Positions 39,443 through 52,312 of a stretch of DNA of 60,000 nucleotides are shown here, one piece after another (position 1 is the stretch's first letter; each line of letters starts with the position of its first letter). The notes under the pieces were generated by a model, which had not been told where the DNA came from, ran no database searches, and saw only the letters and a program-made list of their open reading frames with translations. A program made the translations under genes and the position numbers. This DNA comes from Malacoraja senta (taxonomy: Eukaryota), in the NCBI GenBank assembly GCA_038087875.1, contig CM075991.1, positions 6,636,001 through 6,696,000 of the forward strand, read 5' to 3'.

Positions 39443-40025
39443 TGTTATGCGCTCCTTCTGCTGGTGTTAATTATGTACTAACCTGTTTCTCTGATTACCA
39501 TTAGTACCTCCTGCTGCCTGGCTGCTCCTGACCTGATTGGAGGCTCCTGGCCCAAGCTGCATCATGTGAGCCTGATGACGGAGCCTCAGCTTAAAAAGAC
39601 CATGTGACTGGCAGTCTTTCTCTCTGTCTCTCTCTTCCCCCCCCCCCCCCCCCCCAGACTGGTGGCAGCAGTCTGGTGTTGGTTTAGTTTGTTTGCATAG
39701 TGTTCTTTATGTAACTCTTCATTCTGTATTAACTTATTTTGCTTGGGAAGGATGGGACTGGCATTATTGTTTTCGTGGTTTTGTTTCAGGTTTATTTTAA
39801 CACTGAGGCAGGTTTAGAGTCTCTGGTCCGACGGCCCATTGAGTGGTCGGCCAGAGCACCCTTTATCTTTTGTTTGCTAGCCCATCCGACCCCCCCCCCC
39901 CTTCTGTTTGTTTGATCCAGGTTTTAGTTCTTTTTGTTAGTGAAAAATAAATAATATTTCCATTTGAACCTGGTTTTGTATTATGTTATTGGCCTTTGAG
40001 GTATTTAATTTTGGCGGCCGTAACA
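39443..40025 (+). repeat. 3' LTR (583 bp)
   Basis: Termini TGTTATG...CGTAACA, immediately preceded by the PPT AGGGTGGGGG. Internal AATAAA at ~39946. Confidence 0.85.
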
Positions 40026-42091
40026 CCCCCATCCCAAACATTTCTATCCATAAATTGTCTTTTAATTGCCATAATGGTACCCACCTCGACCATTTCCTCT
40101 GGCAGCTCCTTTCATTTATGCACCACCCACTGTGTGATAAAGTTGTCCCTCAGGTCACTTTCAAATCTGTCCCCTCCCACCTCCACCCTCCAGTTTTAGA
40201 CTTCCCTACCCTGGGGGGGAAAGACTGTGGTTATTTAGATAGAGCTCTAGGGGCTAGTGCAATCAAGGGATATGGGGAAAAGGCAGGCACGGGTTATTGA
40301 TTGGGGACGATCAGCCATGATCACAATGAATGGCGGTGCTGGCTCGAAGGGCCAAATGGCCTCCTCCTGCACCTATTTTCTATGTTTCTATATTTCACTT
40401 TGTCTATGGTCCTCATTTTTATATCCCTCTTCAAGGTCACCTCCCAGCCTCCTATGCTCCAGGGAAAATTCCCCTTGCCTCTCTAGCCTCTCCTTATAAA
40501 TCAAACCTTCCAATCCTCATAACATCTTTGTAAATTTTTTTTGCACCTTTCCTATTTAATGACATCCTTCCTATAGCAGAGAGGCCAGAACTATATTCAA
40601 TACACCAACTGTGGCTTTATTAACATCTTGAGCAGTTGGAACAGCCTACCTCAACTTAGTATTCAATATCCTGACTGATGAAAGCAAGCATTCCAAATAC
40701 CTTCACCGTGTAGAAACAAAGAACCGCAGATGCTGGTTTATAATTTAAAAAAACAAAGTACTGAAGTAATTCAGCAGGTCAGGCAGCATCTCCAGAGAAG
40801 AGATTGGTGACATTTAGGGTTGGGACCCTTCTTCGGACTGAAAGGGAGTGGGGGTTCTACAACACTCCCCAGAGCTCTATCGTTTACTGTGCAAGTGCTG
40901 GCCTGGTTTATCTTTGCAAAATGCCTTGTATTTCTCCAAATTCCATTTGTCTTTCCCTGGGTCCATTGGCCTCTATTGTAATCTTGGGTAACCTTTGCCA
41001 CGGTAGAACTATACCACCGATTTTAGTGCCTGCTGCAAATTTACTAGCTATATCATTTACAATCTCATCCAGTGCATTAATATAATTACCGGATACGAGT
41101 AGACACAGCACTGATTCCTGTGGTACATCACTTGTTACAGGCCTTCAGTCTGAGAAACAATCCTCTACCAACATCTTCTGTCTCCCCTCCCTTTAAGACA
41201 CTTTTGTATACTATTCACTAGCTTGCCCTGGATCCCATTTCCTCCTCTCTATTTGCTTAAAACCTGCTGTTTCTCATTTATTCTACGCCACTGATCTAAG
41301 TATTAATTGTATTTCTTGCTCCACAGATGTTACCTAGCCTGCTGAGTACAATTATTTTTTGTTTCCCATATATTTCAAACTCATACTATTTCCATTACAT
41401 GTACAGTAGGTGGCACAATAAGGATTTTCCCATCTATCGCTTGGATGCCATTTTAAATACTGAAGCCCACTGAAAAACGCTTTAAGAAGCAGAAATGTAC
41501 TTAACGAAGAGAATATCAAATCCTAATATAAACTGAGCTCTGGCATTATAATCTGTCAAAATGACACACAGACATGGCCGCACATGGAAAATCCTTACCA
41601 GGGCATCACTGTAAGAGGCTTAGAAGCATTTTATCATGACACACAAAATTAGTTGCTTTTAACTGCAGTCAATCTTACGATTCCAAAAGCAGTTGAGGCG
41701 ACAGGGACAATATTTGCTCTTCAGATTATGCCTGAGGAATTATGACAGTCCTAAGGCATAGGAAGGAGCTGACTCTAGTTCACTTCAGCCTGTCATCTGA
41801 AAGATGTTTAAATGTGCTGTACTGTGACAGTGGAATGACAATGTGATGAAATGCCCAGGACATTTGAACCTACAACCTTCACTTTGGAGCCAACTCATGT
41901 CAGTGGAACATGGACGACATCATGCATGAATTATCATTGAGTAGATGCATTTAAGAAAAGGCTCCAGTTGTCCCACATTTAGAATATATTTCATGCCCTG
42001 TTTGAGTCTTATATCCAATTTACCCAAATACAGAGAGTGAAGCTTGCTATGCTTATCAACGGCTATGTTATCATTGTTATGCTTATCAACG

Positions 42092-42370
42092 GGGCGGCAC
42101 GGTGGCGCAGCGGTAGAGTTGCTGCATTACAGCGCCGGAGACCTAGGTTCAATCCCGACTAAGGGTGCTGCCTGTACAGAGTTTGTATGTTCACCCTGTG
42201 ACCGCGTGGGTTTTCTCCGAGATCTTTGGTTTCCTCCCACACACCAAAGAAGTACAGGTTTGTTGGTACAAGTGTAAATTGTACATAGTGTGTAGGATAG
42301 TGTTAATATGCAGGGATTGCTGGTCGGTGCGGACTCGGCCGAAGGGCGCTGTATCTCAAAACTAAACTAA
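42092..42370 (+). mobile_element. V-SINE (HE1-like), near full length
   Basis: GGGCGGCACGGTGGCGCAGCGGTAGAG (A box), GGTTCAATCC (B box), V core and (CTAAA)n tail. Confidence 0.85.
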
Positions 42371-43278
42371 CGGCAATCTTCCATTGTTAGGATGCACATT
42401 CATATAACAGTGTTTGTACATCCTAAAAATCAATAATATTCATACACAGCACATGATGAGGAATAAAAAGCACAAGCTATATAAAAGGCATAAAGCAAAC
42501 ATGCTGAATCCTCATGAAACGCTATATTCAGGAGTAACCATCTTGAGAACAAGGTCTACCGATGCCTCTCATAGACCTTGCTTATGTTGGCATGAAATGG
42601 AACAACTTTCCACTTCAATCATTTAAATAAAGCAATATACACTACATTCTCAACAAGACCATTTTAATGGGTTTTAAAGTTCTCTTCATGAAAACTAGAT
42701 GTATACAGCACTGCTTAACACCAAAGTACAATCAAGATGAACAAACTTGAAATAAAGATTTCAATCATCTCTTCACAAACACGTTATAAAAAAATTAGTC
42801 AAACCACAGTTCAGATAAAACAAATACTAATAAACAATATTACCTTTAAACTCAATTAAAGGTTTTCTTTGGATACCATCTCCTATGTATGATTATTGTG
42901 TACATAGCAATAAATTGACCCAAACAACCAAGTGCTGGAGGAACTCAGTGGGTCAGGCAGAACCTGTGGAGGAAATGTTCAGGTGATGTTTTGGGTCAGG
43001 ACACTTATTTAGACTGATTGTAGTAGCGAGGGCAAAAACTGGAGAAGAGAGCCAAATGCTTTTGTATAAAGGATTCATTCATCTGTCAGTATAAACAGGG
43101 GGTTAAAAAGGGGAAATTACATAGTCTGGAAAACCCTCATCGAGGGCAGAGGAATCTGATAAATTTATCACTCCACAATGTAATGTAATTACTCGCCATT
43201 TCAAATAAATTGCCCCGTTTTGTCACTATCATCATTGCTTATTTCTTCTTGCTTACTTAGAAACACCTTTATTAGAAA

Positions 43279-43565
43279 GGGCAGCACAGTGGTAGAGCTG
43301 CTGCCTTACAGCGCCAGAGACCCGGGTTCAATCCTGACTATAGGTGCTGTTAGTACGGAGTTGTACATTCTCCCTGTGACCGCGTGGGTTTTCTCAGGGT
43401 GCTCCGGTTTCCTCCCACACTCCATACACGTATAGGTTTGTAGGTTAATTGGCTTTGGTAAAAAAAAGTTGTAAATTGTCCCTAGTGTGCAGGATAGTGT
43501 TAGTGCACGGGGCGATAGCCGGTTGGTGTGGAATCAACGGGCCTGTTTCCGCACTGTATCTAAAG
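43279..43565 (+). mobile_element. V-SINE (HE1-like)
   Basis: Same head, core and tail as the copy at 42092. Confidence 0.85.
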
Positions 43566-45099
43566 TATCTTTAAAGTCAAGTACCTTTGTAGAATTTCTC
43601 CAGAAGGCTCAATGAAGGGCGCTGCTTGGAAAGGGCCTGATCTGATAGTACAGTATTTTTGCTCAGTTTAAAACCAGATTTTCATTTTAGCCTTGGACCG
43701 AGGCGACAAAGCTAAGACTGGCCTCCAACTCGGATGGACCCCAGGAATGCAAGTGTGGCAGGAGAAGCCACGTTTCCTGCACTTACCCGCCATCTGCAGT
43801 GACACATTCCAGCACGTTTAGAGGCGACCAAAGCAATCTATCCTGTGGTCCAGCTTTGTGCCGTCCACACTTCAGCTCATTTGTGACAAGTCTGCCAATA
43901 CATGCCAAAACTCAACCGACTAAAGTCACTGCCTGGGATCGGGAAGGAGAAACGCCAACGGTAAATGTAAGCAATACTTTGATCCCGTGGTAAGCAGATG
44001 AAGGATTAGTGCTTTGAGAACGGAGGTGGTGCCAGAAATGTTGCCAGCGATGACAACGGCCTTTTAAGAAATGAAGTCCATTGAGATAAGAAACCAGAAG
44101 CTGACCTGGAACAATAAAACAGAAACCCTTGGAAGAAACATTATGTTTCAAAATTTGAGTTATTAAATGGGGCCAAGGGAGACTGTAGTTCATAAACAGA
44201 TCTTACATATTTCATGGTTGATCATTCTGTTCTTTTGCAGCCTAGTAGATTAAACACATATCAAATATTTCCAACTTTTGCATGACATTTTGTAATAAGA
44301 TCTCAATGTTCTTAAAATGACTTATTTTTTTCATTAAAAATAAAGAGAATGCCACATGTTTGGGGCAGAGGTTTAAACATAATATTCCATGGTAAAGTCA
44401 AGTTCACAATAAGGCAATGAAGTGCTGTCACAGAACATGGAACAGCACAGCACAGGAACAGGCCATGATGTCTGTGCCGAACATGAGTACAAATTAAACA
44501 AATCCCTTCTGTCAACACTCTGGAGCATGCTGCTAGGAATGGGGATGGATGAGATATGATAGTAAGGGAGTCAAAGGTTACAGGGACAAAAGACAATAGG
44601 TGCAGGATTAGGCCATTCGGCCCTTCGAGCCAACACCGCCATTCAATGTGATCATGGCTGATCATCCCCAATCAGTACCCCAAGGCAGAAGAATGGGGTT
44701 AAGAGGGGGTTAAGAGGCCATGATTGAATAATAATAATAATAATAGATTTTATTTATGGGCGTCTTTCACAAAGTCTCAAGGACACCTTACAAAGTTTAA
44801 CAAATAGTGTAGAAACATGTAAGCGGAATGAAATAAATAGCAAAAACATCACCAGTACACAAATTAAAGATAGAATTAAATCCAAAAACAAAAATCAAAA
44901 ACACAATATGGAAGAGTATGGGGGAGTAGACTCGATGGGCCAAATGGCCTAATTCTGCTCCTAGAACTTATAGTCTTATGATTGATTTGGGAAGGAATGA
45001 CAGTGCCTCTGAAGCAGCAGAACTTTGGAATTCACAAGATAGCCAATACCCTCTGATCCAGGCAGCAGTCTGGTAAACCTCTTTACAGACTTGCACCCA

Positions 45100-46434
45100 C
45101 TGACTCCAAGCAGAAATTCTCTTATTTATCCTCGAGTGGTCTTACCCTCTCCCAAGTCACATTCTTGTTTTTAATGTATGTTTAAAATGCCTTGGGATTC
45201 TCCAATTCTATTTGTCAAGGTATTCCATTGCTCCATTTGGCCCCTCCTAATTCCCTGCTTGAGTTCTCTCCTGCATTCTTTATATTCCCCAAATGCCCCT
45301 TCGGATTTCATCTTCCTGTACTTTCTTTCATCTTTCCGAAGAAGGGTCTCGACCTGAAACGTCGCCAATTCCTTCCCTCCATAGATGCTGCCTCACCCTC
45401 TGAATTACTCCAGCGTTTTGTGTCTACCTTCCTGTACCTTAAACAGGCTTCTGTTTTCTTTTTGATCAAATTTACAACATCTCGAGTAGGAAAGAACTAC
45501 AGATGCTGGTTTAAATCGAAGGTAAACACAAAATGCTGGAGTATCTCAGCAGGACAGGACACTGTCCCGCTGTCTTACAACCTCTCGTTATCTAAAGTTC
45601 CCTTACCATTCCATTTTCCATCCTAGCCTCTTCTCCTTACCGAAATATGCTGGTCATGAACTCTGATCAGCTGTTCTTTAGACATCTCCGACGTCAGATA
45701 TGGATTTACCCAATTACAGCTGCTTCTACTTTACTCTCTTTAACTGCTGCCTAATGATATAATTTGTCCTGCTCCAATTTACTACCTTTCCCCAAGGTCC
45801 AAACTTATCCTTATTTCAGATCTCTCTTCAAACCTCTGGAGCGGTGGTCACTGTTCCCAAAAAGCTCACCCACTGAAACACCAGTCTTTCTGCCAGGCAA
45901 AGTTTCCAATACAAACTCCAGCGTAATCCCTCCTGCAGTTGGATTGTCTACATCCTGCTTCAAGGAACCCTCTTGGATGCACCCAACAAATGCTGCCCCA
46001 TCCGAGTCTCTTGCGCTAAGGAAGTCTCAGTGAATATTGGGCAAGTTAAAGTTATTCACAACACAACTTTATTCTTGCTGGCCACTGGGAGTCCTATAGT
46101 GTAATTTCATCAGACTGATTGCACTTTGTTGCCTCAGTGTGTCCTCTCCGAGTAGTGTGACATTCTCTCCGATTAGTAACGGAATTCCTCCGCCTCTTTT
46201 ACCTCCTCCATCACGCCTGAAACATCGAAAACCTGGAACATTGAGCTGTCCCTCTTGCAACCACGTTTCTGTAATGGCAACAACATCACAGTCCCAAGCA
46301 CCGACCCAGTTAAGCTCGTCTGCTTTTCTCATAATATTCTTTGCATTGAAATAATCACACTTCAGCTCATCAGTCTCACCATATTCATCAACCTCTCCCT
46401 GCCTAACCTTCCTTTCAGACTTGCCCCTCATCAC
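45100..46434 (-). mobile_element. Old CR1 ORF2 endonuclease-region remnant
   Basis: ORF 46069-46434 has YFNAKNI..KADEL..DVVAITETW..GFRCFRRD..RGGG. It is heavily decayed, with a hammerhead-motif repeat inserted at ~45322-45427. Confidence 0.75.
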
Positions 46435-47439
46435 CTTTACCTGCCCATCAATCCATCCACTTGCTGGCCGGATGCTCTGGTTCCCAAACGCATTGCACTA
46501 CTTTGAAATCCTCCCGTGTTTGTGTGGAGTTTGTGTGTGCTCCCCATCACTGTGTGGTTTCCCCCACGGGCCACCCCCCCCCCCCAAAAGATATGTTGGC
46601 AGGTTAACTGCCTATTGTAAATTACGCAGAGTGTTGGCATGAATCCAAGGAGTCAAATCGCCTCCTATGTTGTAAAAGTTAAAGAAAACAGGCAGATTCC
46701 CATTATCAATGTCTACGGCTACAAAAGACAGGGAGGCACAAGAGACTGCAGATGTTGGAATCTGCAGCAAAAGGAAACAGTAGTAAGAACTCGACAGATC
46801 AGGCAGCATATGTGGAGGGAGATGGACAGTCAATATTTTGAGTTGAGACCCTCCTTCTAAACCCAAAACATTGACTGTCGATTTCCCACCACGGATGCTG
46901 CCTGACCCACTGAGTTTCTCTAACTGCTCTCCTTTATTTTGCTACAAAAAGCTAATTCGCCGAAGATAATAAATGAAAGCCGTTCGGAAATTGAGGTTTC
47001 ATCATTGCAATCATGCCACAACTCTTTCTCCATTTCTGAATGAGCTTTCATTGATCAAAGGCTCATGCTCTTTGTTGGCAAATCAATCAGTTTAAATAGT
47101 CTGCAATAATGTAGAGAAGCTTCATTAAGCATTCCATTTAAATTAGGGCAGTGTTTGTGCAAAAGACCTCTTGACGTGCTGCAGTATAACAGGTTAGTGT
47201 TGTTCGTTTGAACTAATTTCAAATTTAATAATCATAAAGCTGTTCAGTAAAAACTCTTTTTGCAGAGCAATGCTGCATTTTAACTAAAAATTGAAGTTCA
47301 TCGCCATTCACAATATCTCGCCAAATGAGAATGTGCTTCCAGAGGTTCTGCATATTGGAATAGTCTTGAGGAAAGGTTGCAGGAAAGAATTCTAAATCAA
47401 TCTAAAGCTTGATGTAATGGAAATTGTTTCAATGCAACA

Positions 47440-47812
47440 TGCAAGAAACATATCAAATTATAAAAGGAGTGGACAAGCTAATTGCAAGAAAAATGTTCCC
47501 AATGTTGGAGGAGCCCAGAACCAGGGGCCACAGTCCAAGGATAAAGGGGAGGCCATTTAAAACTGAGATGAGAAAAAGCTTTTTCATCCAGAGTTCTGAA
47601 TTTGTGGAATTCTCTGCCACAGAGGGCAGTGGAGGCCAATTCACTGGATGAATTGAAAAGAGAGTTAGATAGAGCTCTTGGGGCTAGCGGAATCAAAGGG
47701 TGTGGGGAGAAGGCAGGCACGGGTTACTGATTGTGGATGATCAGCCATGATCACAGTGAATGTCGATGCTGGCTCAAAGGGCCGAATGGCCTCCTCCTGC
47801 ATCTATGTTTCT
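47440..47812 (+). mobile_element. CR1 3' fragment
   Basis: ETYQII.G.D...TRGHS.RI.G plus the CR1 tail. Confidence 0.85.
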
Positions 47813-50223
47813 GCAGTCTTTGACATAAGGAAAAACAAGGTGCAACAATGCATTTTTTTCATTTGATTAAAATATGAATGTTGGTAGTTCTGCATTTTGT
47901 TTAGTTTAGTTTCAAGATAGACCAACAGGGCCTTCAGCCCACTGAGTCTACACTAACCATCGATCACCCATTCACACTAGTTCTATGTTATCCTACTTTC
48001 TCATGCACTCCCTGCAAACTGGGGGCAATTTAGAGGCATATTAACCTACAAACCAATACGCCTTTGGGATGTGGCAGGAAACTGGAGCACCAGGACGAAA
48101 CCCACATGGTCATAGAGCGTGCAAACTCCACGCAGACAGCCCTCGAGGTCAGGATCGCAAACGGGTCTCTGGCATTGTGAGGCAGCAGCTCTATCAACTG
48201 CACCCCTGTGCAGCTGCTAGAACCCCAGTTTAGACTGTTCCTTCCAAGCACTCATGAATGGTGTGTGAACACATTTCTGAAAGGGTGGGTGATGAGAGGA
48301 GGAGGAACGATTGGGAAAATGTTGTATCAATCAGTCACTGTTTTACAATAAATATGGAACCTCATAGAAACTGCAAATGCAAGAAGCAGAAAAGTATAGC
48401 CTATACTGGAAAACTAAAAGGTTAGCATCTTTTTGGTTAGTAATCTTCATTAAAATAGTGAAGAATCCATTAAATATTCGAACCGTTCCTTTGACATTTT
48501 AAGCCAGAAATGAGAATGCTCAGCGTCTGTGGGGAGCATTGGAATAAGAGTAACCCATGTAATAGCTAAAAGTTGAAATATAAACAAGCAACAAACTGCT
48601 GGAGGAACTCAGCAGGTCAGGTAGCATCTGTAGAGGGAAAGTTGAACAATGTTTTGTGCCTGGGCACTCCATCAGTCTTGAAACTCTGAAACTCCGCATG
48701 CCCTTCAGCAGTTTGTTTTTGCTCAGGATTCCAGCATCTGCAGTCTCTTGCATCTCCAGTTAAATTATGACGGATTCAGGATTAAGGTTGTATTCTCCCA
48801 AATGTGGAAGATGATAGGTCAATTACGCCACAGTGTTTATGACTGAAGAATTTGATGGGAGCAAATAAGACAAACTATTTCCTATGGAGAAGAGCACAGA
48901 AACAGATAATTACCACCATCCATCTAGTGTTGGTGGCAGCAAGCGAGTTTGTGTGCAAGGCGTTTGAAAATCCATCTCAAACCCACACCTTAAGAAATCT
49001 TGCTGAAACCATGCGATCAATTTAAAATTTCAAAACCACAGTAGATTTTAGTCGGGCAATGTTAAGGTTTATGGGTCCAAGGTGAGTAGATATAATTAAA
49101 ATACAGATCAGCCAAAATCCAGTTAAATGGTGGCGTAAATGGCCAGCTATTGTTAGAATAACTGTGGGAATATACAGTGCTTTTTTTTTTCTCTCTCTCT
49201 AATTGTCAAATTCTCTTTTTTCTTTCCTCGCTGTGACTAACATTGTGGCATTATATTTTCCAATCATCTCGTTTTGTGCAATAATACTTCAAATCATTCA
49301 TATTCACAATGCACAGAGAATATTGTTCTCTTTAATTAGATACATTGACTAAGCTGAGGGCCATTTAATAGACTATTATACATATTTTAGAATTGTCTGA
49401 CATCAAATAATGCCTAGTTCATCATAATTGGAGGAATAGTTTAAAAGCAGAGGTTCTCCACACTAAAAAAAATAATTCCAGCTACATGCATTGCCCAGAT
49501 TTAAAATTTAAAACATCCTTATGAGCAGTCAATAAAAATATATTCAACATCAATAGTTTTCACTTTAATACAAAGAGTGGTAAATCACATGGCACATCTT
49601 GTTGATATAACGTTCAAGTCATCCTATGAGCCACAACACACGAGGCAATCATTTTCTTCAGATCAATTGAAAAGTTGGAAGTTCTAGTGTTTAGATAATG
49701 GTTTCTTTATTCTTTATTTATTGTATTGCTACCCCATTGCCTTCCACTAGCATCCCTTTTGTCATCCTACCTTCTGATGTAGTTGACTTTTCTTTTGTTC
49801 TGTCCTCCCTTTTTTCCTGCGTCTTAAAACTTGCTCTCTAACTTCTTCCAACTTCTGTCTAAATTCACCTGGAACAATAACAACCTCTTTTCCTCTCTTC
49901 AGGCACTGCCTGACCTGCCGTGTACTTAAAAATGTTCTGGAGTTATTTCAAGTATTTTCACTTTCCTTTTATAGTATTCTACAGATATTTGGAGATTGAA
50001 ACCTGGTTGAAGAGACCACATTGTTCACCACTAGGTTGCAAGCAGACAGAAGCATCGCTGACTCACTTGACAGGTAACAGGCCTCCTAGCCTTTCAATTT
50101 CGATGAATCACTCACACTAGTTCCACTCCCTAAACATTAGGGGCAATTTACAGAGGGCAATTGACCTGCAAACCCACATGACTTTGGGCTGTGGGAGGAA
50201 AACAGAGCACCCGGAGGAAACTC

Positions 50224-50726
50224 TTGCTATTGAGGGAGTGCAACGTAGGTTTACAAGGTTAATTCCCGGGATGGCGGGACTGTCATATGCTGAGAGAATG
50301 GAGCGGCTGGGCTTGTACACTCTGGAGTTTAGAAGGATGAGAGGGTATCTCATTGAAACATATAAGATTGTTAAGGGCTTGGACACACTAGAGGCAGGAA
50401 ACATGATCCCGATGTTGGGGGAGTCCAGAACCAGGGGCCACAGTTTAAGAATAAGGAGTAAGCCATTTAGAACGGAAACGAGGAAACACTTTTTCTCACA
50501 AAGAGTGGTGAGTCTGTGGAATTCTCTGCCTCAGAGGGCGGTGGAGGCAGGTTCTCTGGATGCTATCAAGAGAGAGCTAGATAGGGCTCTTAAAAATAGC
50601 GGAGTCAGGGGATATGGGGAGAAGGCAGGAACGGGGTACTGATTGGGGGTGATCAGCCATGATCACATTGAATGGCGGTGCTGGCTCGAAGGGCAAAATG
50701 GCCTACTCCTGCACCTATTGTCTATT
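50224..50726 (+). mobile_element. CR1 3' fragment nested in a minus-strand V-SINE (~50115-50830)
   Basis: LAIEGVQRRFTRLIPGM...GEKAGTGY*. TSD GAAACTC at 50217-50223 and 50727-50733. Confidence 0.88.
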
Positions 50727-52312
50727 GAAACTCACAGAGTTAGAGAGAAGGTGCAAACTCCACACAGACAGCACCCGAGGTCAGGATCAAACCTGGGTCT
50801 CTGGCACTGTGGCAGCAGCTCAACCAGCTCTTATTCAGCATTTGTCTGGGAGTTTGCAAAAATCATCTCTCGCCCGCACCATGCCCAGCCCTCCCCTTTC
50901 TGAGCCAGCTTGCATTAGTTGCTTTCCTTCCACTAACAAGTGAGCTTTCCCCTCTCTGTTCCTGCCCCAAAACAAGTGCTAAGACGGAAGTCACTGTTTT
51001 GGTTGCTTGGCACAATGGGATGTGCACCAGCGAATTGCAAGCAGGCTTACATAATAACATAATTGAAAATAAAACTAACATCAAATGCAGTTTAAATCAC
51101 TTTAATAAAGTGTGCAATTCAAGATTGCTCTCAATGTACAGCGTTCTGCACTGACAACAATGGAGTGATTGGTGTACAGTACTGCACACTGACAATTGAA
51201 TGGAGTGGTCATGTGTCTCTTTCATTAAATACTTATGATCTACCAATTCTGGGAAATCTTGCTAATCATGCGTGATATAAATTCACGGTGCAAATGAATC
51301 CATTCAGACCTCCACAAGGGTTATTTTTGTCTCCTGCAAAAGTGGGGGATCTTCAGTGGAGTAATTCAAAAACTCAGACGAAGGCATCATGTAAGCTTGA
51401 GTCAACGAATATCATTGTCTGAAACTATCCAGTAATCACAGGATTCTCTGATTGCAGCACTCATTTGTGCCCATTGTGCATTAAAATAGGGCTACACTAC
51501 ACACAGTATAAACCGCACTCCACACTTCTGGAGGGCAGCAGTTGCTGAACAGTGCCTCTCCGGACATTGCAGTATCACAATTCAATGCACACTTTCAGTC
51601 CTTGGAAAGATAAAAGAGTTTTAAAAAGGCACTGCTAAATTGCATTTATCTTACAATTTTACAAATTAGGCAGCTTAATTAAATTGTGTTGCATGGGTCA
51701 TGTTTCAAATTTACACATTTAATGCCGTTTTTATAAAAACGCACCAACAGGGGGACTAATCGCTGGGATCATTGAACACTGCAATGGACAACACTTCTCT
51801 GGTGGATTTTTGGTCATCCCGGTTTCTGACTATTACTACCAACTTGAGGTATGTTCTGGCATTCAACGTAGCTGAGACTAGAGTCCTTACAGATCCCTGC
51901 TGAGCAGGAGGAGAAACGTTCCCGGCTCTGGTGATGCACCTTCCTATCTTCTTGTGCGTCTGTGAGGTTGGGCAAAGCTGAACCGCTTCGGCAGAATACG
52001 TAACACAATCCCAAACCAATTTGCAAGTCAACGGCCCTGGTCTCATTTCCAAGGTGGCCATTGCTTTGGAAAATGCTTCATGCAGACCCGAATGCCAGGG
52101 GTTATTTGTACAGTTGAGGGCTGACATCGGACAATTTGACACACTGATACTATATTGCTGAGTGACAAGGAAAAGACCCATTGGCCTTGACTGGTCAGGC
52201 GTTAAAGTGAGATACTGCAATTTTAATTGATGCTTCATCGCTCCCTGCCCCTGTCCATCCCGCTCCCATGTAGAACTCCTCTCCCAACTCCCACTTCCAT
52301 TGAGGTTGGAAG

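Larger units (their letters stand above)
37269..40025 (+). mobile_element. Gmr1-like Ty3/gypsy LTR retrotransposon, 3' part
   Basis: Integrase C-terminus followed by RT and RNase H, a polypurine tract and the 3' LTR. Confidence 0.9.

Noticed and set aside
42092..42160. tRNA-like sequences
   Set aside because: These are SINE heads continuing into the V core, not tRNA genes.
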